From assembly GCF_009914755.1 (NCBI RefSeq), contig NC_060925.1: DNA of 64,000 nt. One strand, written 5' to 3'. The position numbers and the translations under genes were made by a program. The notes beneath the pieces were generated by a model, which saw nothing but the letters and a program-made list of their open reading frames with translations, was not told where the DNA came from and did not search any database. This document shows positions 27,001 through 40,457 of the stretch, piece after piece. How positions within the stretch are numbered: the first letter of the stretch is position 1; every line of letters starts with the position of its first letter. The stretch is from the human T2T-CHM13v2.0 reference genome, Homo sapiens.

Positions 27001-27304
27001 TGTTCTTTGCAGCAACATGGATGATGCTGAGGCCATAATCCTGAGCTAACTAATGCAGGAACAGAAAACCAAAAACCACATGTTCTCACTTATAAATGGG
27101 AACTAAACATTGAGTACACATGGACACAAAGGAGAGAACGACAGACACCAAGGCCTAGGAGGGAGAGGTTTAAAGAACTACCTATAGTACTGATACTATG
27201 CTTATTGCTGGGGCACAAAATAATCCGTGCGCCAAGCCCTATGATATGTAATTTACCTATATCGGAAACCTGCACATGTTCCCCTGAAACCTGAAATAAA
27301 AGTT
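24045..27304 (+). mobile_element. 5'-inverted (twin-primed) L1PA13-16-like LINE-1; 24045-24847 antisense, 24848-27304 sense
   Basis: The antisense ORF2 segment abuts the sense segment at the same L1 position (tgagg). 17-bp TSD aaaaaaatattt(g/a)ctga at 24028-24044 and 27305-27321. Confidence 0.92.
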
Positions 27305-27369
27305 AAAAAAATATTTACTGAATGCCTACTATGAGGTAGGCATTTCGATAGGTAACCAACACAGTCCCT

Positions 27370-27660
27370 GCCCTTATAGGTTGTTGTAGAAGTCGAATGA
27401 GGTGATCATACCAATTGTTATCATTTATTAAGTGCCTACTATGTGCCGTGAACTTTACATTATTATTTGCATTATACATATGCCATGGACTTATTACCTC
27501 AGTCAGTCTTCTCATAAATCTGTTTGGGTAGTTACTGCCAATGTGCACGTAAGGTAATTGAAGTACAATTTAAAAACTTGTCAAAGTTAAATAACTTATA
27601 AGGGGCTTGACTGGGATTTGAACCAAGGTGGATCTGATTCAAAAGACACTGATTTTCCAA
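27370..27660. mobile_element. MIR fragments
   Basis: atttattaagtgcctactatgtgcc...gggatttgaaccaaggtggatctgattcaaaag. Confidence 0.65.
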
Positions 27661-27928
27661 GAAAACATGTCAATATAAAAGTTCTTTACAAACATAAAAA
27701 GTGCCATATAAAAATAAAATAATGTTTATTATTATTGTTCTCCACACCTACATATGATGATATAAAAACAGACCAAAGCCAAAACCAAGACAGGAATTAG
27801 GGGCTTAGTCATGTTACTGTGGAAATTCTCATTATAATGCTTTTGATTTCTGGTTTTGCAGTTTTGAAATTTCCACTGTCTTTTTCCCCTGTGGGCACAC
27901 ATTGTTGCTGTTCTTTTTCTGTCTGCAG

Positions 27929-27946
27929 ATCATGGCTGGGCTTTTG
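27929..27946 (+). other. Candidate 18-nt microexon (unassigned)
   Basis: ttgctgttctttttctgtctgcag|ATCATGGCTGGGCTTTTG|gtaagc, preceded by about 65 nt free of AG. Confidence 0.3.
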
Positions 27947-28399
27947 GTAAGCACATAATTTTTTAAAAATGGAAATGGTTTCATTCCAATGAATCATTGT
28001 GTCAAGGAGGTTGTGTACCTCCTCGATGATGAAAATGCCAATTTCTCATAAAAAGGCAAAAACCCTCATTTCAAAAGGTTGAAAATAATGTTATTTAACT
28101 AATTTCAAATGGCTACTTTTAGGTCACTGAAAATGTCCAAATATAAGAATAATCTCTTGGGTCTGTAACATTTTCATTTGATTCAAGAATGGATAAACTT
28201 TAATTCATTTTAACCTCTTGCCTTTTGGTATTTGGCTCTTCCGACGGGAAGTGTCTCTCCACTGTGAGATTTGTCTTAGTGCTATGGCCTGCTTAATCTG
28301 GAATCTGTTTTCATTATATCCCTGAAAGCTAAAGAAATTTCCAAGTTTTTGACACAAAGTGTATACAATTCTATACAATACAGATTTACTGAACATTTT

Positions 28400-31300
28400 C
28401 TTGAAATGTAACATACATAAAGTATTGTAAAAATCAGTATATTTTTAATAGAACATTACCAATACCCCAAAGCTTCATTCATGCCCTCTTTCAAGTATAA
28501 CATCTGCAAAGCTAACAGCTCTTCTGATTTCTATTAAAATAGATTAGTCTTGCCTGCTTTTGAATTATATGTAGAGAGAAGCAGAATTCTATAATATATC
28601 TCTTTTTGTGTCTGGTTTTATTCACTCAACATTATGTTTATAAGATTCATCCCTGTTCCTGCATAGCAGAAGTTTATCTTTATTGCTATATAATATCCCA
28701 TCTATTTCTTACTCATCCTATTTTATATAGGCATTTTGGTTGCTTCTTCTTTGTGGCTGCTTTGAATATCTGTGTAAATGTCATTTGGTACATGTATGTA
28801 TACATTTTTGGGGGGTGTATATCTGGGGGTGAAATTGCCTGATATGAGAGTATATTTTATACTTCACTAGATACTGTTAGTTTTTCAAAGTGGTTGCACC
28901 GATTTTAAAATCCCACCAGTAATATTTGTGGACATCTGTTGTTCTATATCCTTTCCAGGTTTTAAAATATTAACCATTCTGGTGAAGTATAGTGATATAT
29001 TATTGTGATTTTAATTTGTATTTCCTTAATGATGAATGAGGTTGAACACTTTTTAATATTTTTACTGGCTGTTTGTATGTCTTCTTTTGTAATGTGTTTT
29101 GTAGTCATTTGAAAAATGTCTTCCCAAAGATGTCTATTTCCTAATTCCTGGAACTTGTGAATATATCCAGTTACATGGCAAAGGGGAATTAAGGTTGCAG
29201 ATAGAATGAAGGTTGCTAATCAACTAAGGTTGCTAATCAACTGACCATAAAACAGAGAGATTATCCTGGATTATCTAGGTGAGTCTAGAGTAATCACAAA
29301 GGTCTTTAAAAGTGGAGAAGGGTATTGGAAGAGAGAAACAGAGATGGCAATGTGAGAAGCATGCAGTCCAATATTTCTGACTGTGAAGGTCACAGAAGAG
29401 GGCTCTGAGCCAAGAAATGCAGGCAGCCTATAGAAGCTGGAAAAGGCAAGGAAATGGATTCTCCCCTAAAGCCTCCAGAAGCAATGCAGGAATGCTCACA
29501 CCTTGATTTTAGCAGGGTGAAACTCATTCCTACTTCTAAACTACAGCACTGTAAGATAGTACATTTATGTTGCTTTCATCCACTAAGTGTGCAGCAATTA
29601 TAGCAGCAATAAGAAATTGAAACATCTTCAAGTCTTTTGTCCATATTCTTATTGGGTCTGTCTTTTTGATTTGTAGAGTTTTTTGATATATTATGAGTAC
29701 TTTGTTGGGTTTGCTCAATATGTTCTTTTTTCCAGCTTGAGGTATCATCAATGGATAAAATTATATATATTCAAGGTATACATGATGTTAAATATATATG
29801 TATATATTGTGAAATCATTAACGCGATCCAGTTGGTCAACACATCCATCCATTTTTCTTTGGCGTGGCAAGAACATTTAAAATCTACTCTCTTAGCAAAT
29901 TTTAAGTATATAATACAGTAATTTTAGCTACAGTTACGATGCTGTACATTAGATCCCTATCCCTAGGACTTGTTAATCTTATAGCTGAAAATATATAGCA
30001 TCTTCCCTCTTCTCTCATCCATCAGCCCCTGGCAACCACCCTCATGCTATCTATTTCTATGAGACTTCTTAAGGTTCCACATATAAGTGAGATCAGATGT
30101 TTGTTTTCTCTGTTTGACTTATTTCACGTGCATAATGCCTTCAAAATTTTCCTACGTTGTTTCAAATGGCAGAATTTTTTTTATAGCTGAATATTATCTC
30201 TCTGTGTGTGTGTGTGTGTGTGTATGTGAGTGTGCATGTATCCCATTTTCTTTATCCATTCATCTGTTAATGGACATTTAAGTTGTTTCCACATCTTGGT
30301 TATTGTGATAATGCTGCAGTGTACATGAGAATGCAGATATCTCTTTGCCATATTGATTTCATGGCCTTTAGATACATACCCAGAAATGGGATTGCTGGAT
30401 CATATGGTAGTTCTATTTTAAAATTTTTGATGAATCTCTATACTGTTTTCTATAATTGCTGCACCAATTTACATTCCTACCAACCATGCTCCAGGATTCT
30501 CTTTTCCCTGCATCCTCACCATCACTTGCTATCTCTTGTCTTTTTGATAATAGTCATTTGAACAGGTGTGAGGTAATATCTCACTGTGGTTTTGATTTGC
30601 ATTTCCCTGATGATTAGTGCTATTGAGCATCTTTTCATGTGCCTGTTGACCATTTGTATGTCTTCTTTGGAAAAATGTCTGTTCAGGTACTTTGCCCATT
30701 TTTAAATCAGTTTTCTTTTTGTATTTTTGCCATTGAGTTGTATGAGTTCCTGATATATTTTGGCCATTAACTCCTTATCAGATACATGGTTTATAAATAT
30801 ATATATATTTTTTTACCATTCTGTAGGTTATTTTTTCATTTTGTTGATTGCTGTGCAAAATTTTTTTAGTTTGATGTAGTCCCATGTGTTTATTTTTGTT
30901 TTTGTTACTAGTGCTTTTGGTAGAAAATTTTTTAAAAAGTCACTGCCTATGTCAAGGAACTTTTCCCTACATTTTCTTCTGGGAGTTTCATTGTTTTCAT
31001 TCTTGCATTTAAGTCTTTCACCCATTTTGAGTTAGTTTTTGTGAGTGGTGTAAAATAGGGGTCCAATTTCACTCTCTGTATGTGAATGTTCAGTTTTTCC
31101 AACACCATTTATTGAAGAGACTATACTTTTCCCATGGTGTTTTCTTGGTGCCCTTGTCAAAAATTAGATGACTATATATGTGTGGGTTTATTTCTGGGGT
31201 CTCAATTCTGTTCCATCCATCTATGTGTCTGTTTTTATGCATGTATCACACTGTTTTGTTTAGAAAGCTTGGGATATAATTTGAAATCAGCAAGTGTGAT

Positions 31301-32740
31301 GCCTCCAGCTCTGTTCTTTCTCAAGGTTGCTTTGGCTATTTGTGGTGTTTGTGGTTTCATGCATCTATGTTCTTAAAAGAGATTCATACAGTTTTTCTTT
31401 CATGCAATGTCCTGTGAAGTTTTGGTAACAAGGTTTTGCTGAACAAATTTGAAATCACTTTGGGTTGTGGTCCCTCTTTTTTTATTCTCTCTTAGAATAG
31501 ATGTAAGATACTATTCTGTGTTTCTTAAATGCTGGTGGAGTTTATCAATAAAGCCATATGGAATTTTGTCTGTGATAAAATTTTTCAAAGGACTCAACTT
31601 ATTTTGTAGATAGGATTATTCATTTTTTTCATTTTTTCTTATGTCAGCTTTGATAATCTATATGTTTAAAGAAAAATCTCTTCTAGATTCCAAAATTTAT
31701 TTACATAAATTTGTTCATAATACCTTCCTTTTAAAATGTTTGTAGGGGCTATAGAAATGCCTTTTTTACATTCTTAGATTTGGTAGTATTTACCTTCTTC
31801 CTCCGTTTTATTTTTAACTTTGATAAGTCTTGCTAGGAGTTTATCAATTTTAACTTTTTTTTAAGAGGATAAATTTTTGGATGCGTGGATTTTCTCTATT
31901 ATGTGTGAATTTTCTGTTTCATTAATTTATGCTCCTACCTTTATTATTTCCATTCTTCTGATCTCTTTTCATTTAACTTGCTGGCTTTTTGAAAGGGGAA
32001 CTTAATCATTTAGTACTTTTTGCCTTATTTCTCTAATACACATATACTTTAAGGCTAAATATATCCCTCTAAATATTGCTTTTGCTACAAATCCCAAGTT
32101 TTGATGATTTTGTTTTACTTAAACACATTTTCTAATTTCCTTTGTGACTTTTTTTTTTACCCATGTGCCATTTAGAAGTACATTGCATAAATTCCAAATA
32201 TTTGAGAATTTTCTAGTTATTTTTTGTCATTGATTTCAATATTAATTCCACTGCAGTCAGAGTATATTGTCCCTTTATCTCTATCTTTATAAGTGTGTTT
32301 ATATATGTTTTATAGCCAAGTGTATTGTCAATTTTGGTAAGTGTTCATTTTGCCTTAAAATGATGTGCATTCTATAGTTATTATAAGCAGCATTCTACAT
32401 ATGTCACATAGGTATAGTTTATTAATAATGTTCAAATCTTCTATGTCTCTATGATATTTTAGTATCTACTTGTTCATTCGGATATTAAAAGAGATATGTC
32501 AAAATCTCCTACTATGATCATGGATTTATCTAGTTCTTTCCTGTAGATTTTTGTTTAGATTTTGAGAATATTTTATTAAGTATATACAGTTATGCAATTA
32601 TTTTATTTTTCTTGGGTATTGAACTTTTGAACATGACAAAGTATCCCTCTTTATTTTTAATAATGCTTCTTTAAGATCTGCTTTGTCTGATATTAGTCCC
32701 ACGATGTCAGCTTTCTTTGGTTAGTGTTTGCATGGTATAA
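28400..32740 (-). mobile_element. Nested old L1M elements (host L1M with an L1MA8-10-like insert at about 29710-31370)
   Basis: T-rich antisense L1 ORF2/3'UTR motifs (tgatttgcatttccctgatgattagtg, aatctactctcttagcaaattttaag). Confidence 0.8.
29100..29624 (+). mobile_element. MLT1D MaLR solo LTR inserted in L1M
   Basis: ttacatggcaaaggggaattaaggttgcagat...agaagctggaaaaggcaaggaaatggattctccccta. Internal 17-bp tandem duplication at 29209-29242. Confidence 0.85.
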
Positions 32741-34802
32741 TGAATACTCCTGTGCATTGTCTCACGTTTTCTTTACTTTACATCTGATTCTAACATTAAT
32801 TTCGTTTCCAGGAATAATAATGCAGAAATAAAAAAGAACATTTCTTTCTAATATAAAGATTTGAGCCTTCATATCAACTGGTGTCATGGAAAACATCATT
32901 AGATAGTAATCAATACCAGTTCATATATACCCTAGTGAAGTGACTGAAGTTGAAGGCTAAAAAAAATGGCCATTGAGGCGAAACTCAAGTCACATACAAA
33001 GGAAAAATGTAAAGTTTGTATTAGATTTTTCCCTAAACACTCAATACTAGAAAACGGTATGTGTGGCATTCTGGGAAGATGTGTGCCTCAATGATTTTCA
33101 CATAAACAGGTTATCCTTGAAGCATAACGAACAAAAATGTGCACAAGAACTTTAGGAGTATAGTACTTATAAACAAATAAACCAATTTTGATTAGATGAC
33201 ATAATCCAGTTGACCAAGAGATAAATCAAAATAACATTTTTTGAAATGAAGAAAATATAATAAAAATACTATATGAGAACTTAGCTGATGAGCATTTAAT
33301 CCATTTAGACATGACTAAAATTTGAAATATGTCTTAATGAAATGCAATTATTGTAAACCTTAACAATACACAAATATAATAACAAAGTAATCAGAAGCGG
33401 GCGTATGTTTAAGTGCACAGATTTTATGCTGTTAGAGCAGGAGTCAATAGAATCCATCTAAAATTAAAATATTTGGTTTGAAATGCATAATAATTCCAAC
33501 CTTTCAATATTTTTCATAATGCTTTTAATTAACTTCAGAGATATTTTAAAAATTAATGTTGCTTACGCTGAAGAAACATCTGAAATTCAACAATTTTGTT
33601 TATTTCATTTTTTACTTCTCATTCAGTTAATTCAAGCATAAGCAAAATTACTACTATGTATGCCAGGAAAGAGATGTCTGAAACAGTGATTTCTATTTGT
33701 TAACTACAGCTATTTGGGGATGGCAAGTTTTTGGTGAATTCTTTTTTACTTTTCATTGTTCTTTTCCTTATTGTGTTACTTTTGCTTTTCTTATAATAAG
33801 CATGTATCATTTTTACATAATCTATGCAGTAATTTTTCTAAAAAAGTTAGAGAGACAGTGATAGAGCCATCTTTAGCTAGAAAAAATTTTCTCAACTTTT
33901 TCTAAATTTACTTTTAGAAAGAAACTTTATATTTTATCTTAAAAGAAGCTACTGATTGAATTATTCTTTGTCATGGTGAGCCTAATGTGATCAATTTTTA
34001 TTTGGGGTTCACTAATGAAGAGTGAATCCTTTTTCTCTGCAACTCCTAGCATTCAGTATCATTCAGCATAAGCTTTCATATCCCAGCCTTCCCTGTTTTA
34101 AGTCAAGTCTGTCATCTCTTCTTCTTAGATCTAGGAACAGACAGTGTCACCCAAAAGGACACTCTCTGAGGAGCAGGATGGCGGTGGGGTGCTACTGGTT
34201 TGAAAGTGTGTCAGATTGACAGCCATTCTGCCATGTACTACAATAGAGAGTCAAAGAATTAAAACGCACAGTATCTTATTTTATGATGGAAGATGGGGAG
34301 GACAGGAAAAATCGGCTCACAATTATTTAGCACCTGATGTATTCCTGGCATGGTCACAGCAACCCTCTCAGGTATTACTAATCCCATTGTGCACACGAGG
34401 AAAGAAAAATTTGAGAGAGGTGAGATGAGTTGCCTGTGTTTATGTGGCTAACTGGGAACACTGATGATGAAGCCTGAGCTTCCCCGGGCTCTTCCCTCTG
34501 CTTCTATCGCTGCTGTGGACAAATTCCTATAAGTTCCTTTATATTTCTACCAATTCCTATATAAGCTGTTATATGTTTTTGGTTAAATTTACAACCTTGT
34601 TTATTGTACTGAAAAAAACCCTTAAAGTTTTGCCTTTGATACAGATAATACATTTATGTTTCAAATTGTTTTTATTTTAAGAATGACTACAAAGACAATG
34701 GAAGCAGATAATTCCAGCTAGAATCAAAATTTAACGGTGAAATGAGATCAAACTCACAAAGAGTTAATTATGCTAGCACTAATTAAGTGTAGTCTTCTTA
34801 AA

Positions 34803-34805
<3 letters not shown>

Positions 34806-34834
<29 letters not shown>
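34806..34834 (+). repeat. A29 homopolymer
   Basis: Pure A run with no adjacent SINE or LINE body. Confidence 0.95.
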
Positions 34835-36078
34835 GCCAGCTTTATCCTGGCAAGAAGCCTGTAAAAAAGGGACGATCTGTCACAGACTCACAGAACACAG
34901 TAATTAAGGTCTGAAACGCTTCCCAATCAAAGAACAGGAAGAGTTCACTCCGAGTTAACTGTTTAAACAGCATCCCTTGTGAAATGGCATTGCCACTGTA
35001 TGTTTTTAGATTGAATTGATTTAATTTCCTACTGTTTGCCTCTAAGTAGGAATTAGAGCCTCCATTAGGAATTGCTAATGGTGCCCATTCTGGACTCCCT
35101 CATCCCAGGACAGGAGTGGAGGGAAGGACTAATGCAGTGTGCCTGTGATATATGCTGCAGCCAGAACCTGTTCACAGGCTAATTCAGCAACAGGCAGGAA
35201 TGATGAACAATTAATGAACTCACATTGTGTTTACATGTCTAATTTTGATACTAATCATTTATATGTTCTAAGTAAGATGTTACGCTTTCACGGAAGCATA
35301 AAAATGTGCACATAAACAAAAATATGTGAATTGTTCCAAAATTATGCTTAAATTTTACATTTCATTTCCTAGCAGAGACGCAGTCAACACATTCATGCAG
35401 TGACACCTGTAACTCACACATGGTGGTTTAATTTAGTAACAGTTGATTTCCCTTTACAATAAAACAATCGCCTGAACTCAGCTTCATGTATTGGTTCATT
35501 GTTCTTCCTTGCTGTCACTGTTAACCAGTATTTAGGCTTCATCCAGAACATCTACTCCACTTAAAAAGCGTAGTAAATGAACAAAAAGATGGACATTGTC
35601 ACTTTCCTTTTACTACGATGTGAGGGTTGCACTTTTTCTCAATTCATAATGAATTTGTTTTTATATACCCAACCCACAGTTACTTGTTGCTTATATTAAG
35701 GGACAGATTTGGTAAATCATATTTAGGTCCATTGTGACTTGTGAACAGGTAAGTTTTTATTCACTTTCTAAAAGCAATTAACGATTTCAACTTCCTGATA
35801 AACACAATAGCTAATATTTGTTGAGAGTTTTTTTTTAGGTACTTAGCTCTTTTGAGTGTTATTTTTTTAATTGTTTCAACAACCCAATTAAGAATGTATT
35901 ATTAAATATAATTATCTCAGTTTTATACATGAGGAATCTGTGATTTGGTTAAATAACTTGCCTAAGTCCACACAGCTCTGCATCAGGAACTAACATGTCC
36001 TGGTAGTGGCAGACTAACCAGGGGGACGTCTCTTGTCTATACTAGCAAAATTCTAGATCACTTAAGTCGGTGAAATGA

Positions 36079-36415
<337 letters not shown>

Positions 36416-38879
36416 AACACTTTGGGTTTTACACTCCTGTTCTATCCTTACAGTTTCTGACTATTGGCATTTTATGTAGAAGCAGAGCAAGTGGAGAGTC
36501 AATTATTCATGAAACTTTGGAGGAAGAGATAGCCTCTTCCTCCATCCCATTCTCTCCTTGTTCTGCTCCTCTTTTAAAATTTATTTTAAACTTCATCACC
36601 TAATTATGGGTTTACCGTATTACTCACTCATGCAATTATTTTCCATTAATAAAAGTTTCTCATATTGGAGAAATTGTGATATTCGGTGGACAAAGACCAT
36701 GAACTTTTATACTTCCTATTATGATCCAGAACTCTTTGTAGAAACTATGGCCTCTGGCACAATATTTTCAGTCATGAGAGTTTAGTATCCTATGATCTCA
36801 GTGGTATTTAACAATAACTCCTGAAATACATATTTTCAAAAGCAGTGGAAAAATGGATGTCAGGTCCATTAATCGCAGATGAAAAAATTTCTCTGGGTTG
36901 GAATGTCAACCAGGCATTAGTGGTGCCTTGCACTAAAAAAATCTATTCAAATGACCTTCTCATTAGGTCAGCTTGTCCTTCTGCCCTGAGATATTTTAAA
37001 AGCTGAAACTGGCAGTTAGAGCTATAATCCTTATGATACCTTAGGCTGTGTGTAGTAGATATTTGGTCATAAGAATAGCCACAAGCAACTCCTGTGTAGC
37101 ATTTTGCTCATAGCTGTCAGCTTGACCAAATCACATGCAAAATCGATTTAAAACTGCATGTTCTGTAAAGTAAGTATGTCCATTATGTGGGAAGTGTTTC
37201 GGGGTAATTTGAAATAGGCTAAAAACACTCATCGGTAACTGAAGGATTTATTTAAAATTGATGTTAGGGAAGGTATAAGTAAGCAAAACTATGTTTACTC
37301 CTTATATTTAGACATAAGGAAACACTAAGAAAAAATTCTGAACTGTGCCTATCAACAATGGTATGGTTAAAAAGAAATGTGATGTTGGCATTTGTGGCTA
37401 TATGATAAATGGAGTGATATTAAACGCTAACCATTTGAAAGTTGCAAATGCCCATTTACAAATTTCTGGTGTAAAAGCACAGTTGCACAATCAAAGTACA
37501 TTTACAACCTGTGAATCGCTAAAGACTTGGGAGGCCGCATCTTGTCCCTGGCAGATGCTATCCACATTCCTCAGCTCTCCTGGTGGCATTCAGGGACAGA
37601 GGCTGCTTCTGGAGAGAAGAAGAATAAAGACTCCAAAAGGCTTAAATTAGAGTGGCTTTGAAATGAAATGCATTTTAAAAATGTGTTTTAGTGCTTCTGT
37701 AAAATGATGCTATTGTTGTGTTTGTCATACTTCTGTTAAAAATGAGGCCATTTATACAGCAATAGAGACACTGAATGGGAAAGAGAATTGGGAGATGTTG
37801 GAATGTTTGAGGATATTCTTTTCCTTCCTGGGCACTGGGAAATTCCACCGTTGTCAGTCACATTAGCAGAATGTAGAACATTAGCTTAGCAATGCCAGGA
37901 TACCCGCAAGGGAGGAACCGAGGCTACTTTGCCCATGATGTTAACCTCTTGAGTGCCACATTGCTGCAGGGTTTAATGTGTATGGAGGGATATAAGGGAG
38001 GAGTTATAGGAAGCCATTTAGTGGAAATACCATTGCACAAAACTTGATGGGCAAACCCAAAGGACAAGAATACTGTATCATAATGTCTAGGGACAGCCTT
38101 TGTTTCCCAACAAAGGCCCTCTGGTATTCAGAGGGCCACCCTTTTCCAATGTGAATATGAATACTCCAGAAACTGCACACCCTCTCTACCAGGCCCACTC
38201 TTCTCATCCTTCTCTACATTCACTATTGGAATGTACATTCACCTTTGGAAGACAGAAAAACAGAAAAGATCTGCTTGTTCACAGCTTTCTATTTTGATCT
38301 ATTCCTCTAATAAGTAATTTTATTTTTTCTTTAATCTTAAGACCCACTTCTTTCAGAAACATAATTAAAAAATTAGGTTTTATGCTATATGTGTCCTGGA
38401 GCTCTAAGTTTTATAATGAATGTAGCATTTATGAGCTTATTCTTAAAGACATATGATTTGCTTGTATTTATTTTTTAAAAAATTGGGGCATCTTCAAGGA
38501 ATCAGGAGCTTTGCTTGGAGTACAGAGTTAACAAAATACAGTCTCTGTCCTCCAGGATCTTACACTGTCGGGTAATGGTTAGCTCATTTGTTTGCAAAGC
38601 AATTTGTATAATTCCTCCTTTCCCTTACCCCAAATTACCAGAAAAAACATGTAGAACACTCCATCCTCTAACCCAAGGAGCATAAATAGAAGTATTTAAA
38701 AAATAAAATTTTGCTTAGGAACTGAGAACAGAATGTTCTTCCTGTAAAAAAAGAGCTCATGATTAAATAAAGTCTTACCCTGTTTGTATTAGGCAAAAAG
38801 TCATATTTAGAGAACATTCTACTTTTTAACCTTGTTTATTCTTTCTACTTTCTTAATATGCAACTGTTCAGTTCATTGA

Positions 38880-39760
38880 CACATTCATTTGTTCATTAAA
38901 TTTTCTTGAATTTTTATTACCCAAATCAAGAACCTCATTGTCCGGTGGAAGAGAAAGATACAGTATAAACAGGAAATTGTAACATTTCACTAGTTTGTGT
39001 CAGAGAGGTGCTTGAAGAAAGTGTTTTAGGCACAAAGAAGAACAAAAACTAACACAGCTGGTCAGGAAGTGAGAGAGTTTGTTTTGGAGATAATGAGTTT
39101 TCAAAGTAAAGAGGCAAGGGAAGAGCATGCTAAACAGAAGGAACCGTAAGTGCAAAGACACAGAGGCTTGAACGATCCTGGAAGGTGGAGGAAATGTGGT
39201 TAGTTGGAGGTTTCTTGAGAGACAGGCTACAATGAGAGAGACGAGGTTGGGAGGTAGGCAGGGAATGGAAAGTGAAGAGTTTTATAAGTCAAGTAAATAA
39301 ATAAGATGGTTCCTTTGGCAGAAGGAGTAATGGATTGTTTTTGAGCATGGCGTGATCACTGCAACAGTAGGAAGGATCACTTTATAAAAAGCAAAACATT
39401 TAAACAAAAGAAAAAAAGAGATTGCTTTGAAGTTGTATGGGAAGTAGTGGACAACCAGCTCTGATTCCATGAAGGTTATCTACAGAAGAGATAAGAGAAA
39501 CCTGAACAGGGCAGTCACTGTGAGACTGGAGAAGATGGAGGTTCCCATTGTATTAAATAGTATTTGGTAACCCATGTGATAGAATATTATGGTGGGGGAG
39601 AAAGGAGACAAGAATGACTTTAGATTGATCAGATTGCTCACTTGGCAAATGGTAGCACAAAGCAGAAAAAACTGTTAAGAAGAGCATGTGCTGGGGACCA
39701 GGTCATGAGTTTGGTTTAGGACATGCTAAGTCTTAGGTGTCTGTGGGTAGTCAACAGCTT
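38880..39760 (-). mobile_element. L2 fragment
   Basis: cattcatttgttcattaaat start, then purine-rich antisense L2 body. Confidence 0.65.
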
Positions 39761-40106
39761 CCAGGTCCACAGAATCCTGCCACTAGATCCCAGCACAGAG
39801 TGCCAGGCAGCTGACAGCTCCTTTGCTTTCTTCATGCTTCTCTGTTCCCTCAGATGTCCTGGTCAGTAAGAAGGGCATGAGGAGGAGAAGTGCCAGGTGA
39901 GGAAAGAGAGAAAGTTGACCATGGCCTCCTTTTGCTTTTAAATTGCTGCAAGTCTCAGCCAAGAGACGTGAGAAACTGCAACTCTAAATTGAGTTTGGAG
40001 CATTGAATACTAGACGATATGGGATATTTTAATTTTAGATATGACTGAGTTTTTCTATGTAAGTGACTTTGTGACTTTTTGTTATCTGAGAGAAACAAGA
40101 GAATAT

Positions 40107-40457
40107 GGACAGTCCCTCTTATTGGTTCAACTTAATGTTATTTTGGCTTTACAATGGTGTAAAAGCGATATGCATTCAGTAAAAGCTGTACTTTGAGTAC
40201 CCATATAACCATTCTGTTTTTCATGTTCAGTATTCAATAAATTACATGAGATAGTCAATACTTTATGATAAAATAGGCTTTGTGTTAGATGATTATGCCT
40301 GACTGTAGGCTAATATAAATGGCTTGGGCATGTTTAAACTAAGCTAGGCTATGATGTCTGGCAGGTTAGGCATCTAAATACATTTTCAAATTATAATATC
40401 CTCAACTTATGATGGGTTTATCAGAATGTAACCCCATTGTAAGTCAAGGAGCATCTG
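40107..40457 (-). mobile_element. MER47A (TcMar-Tigger) MITE
   Basis: Ends ...gtaaccccattgtaagtcaaggagcatctg|ta, and the internal sequence matches MER47A. Confidence 0.85.
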
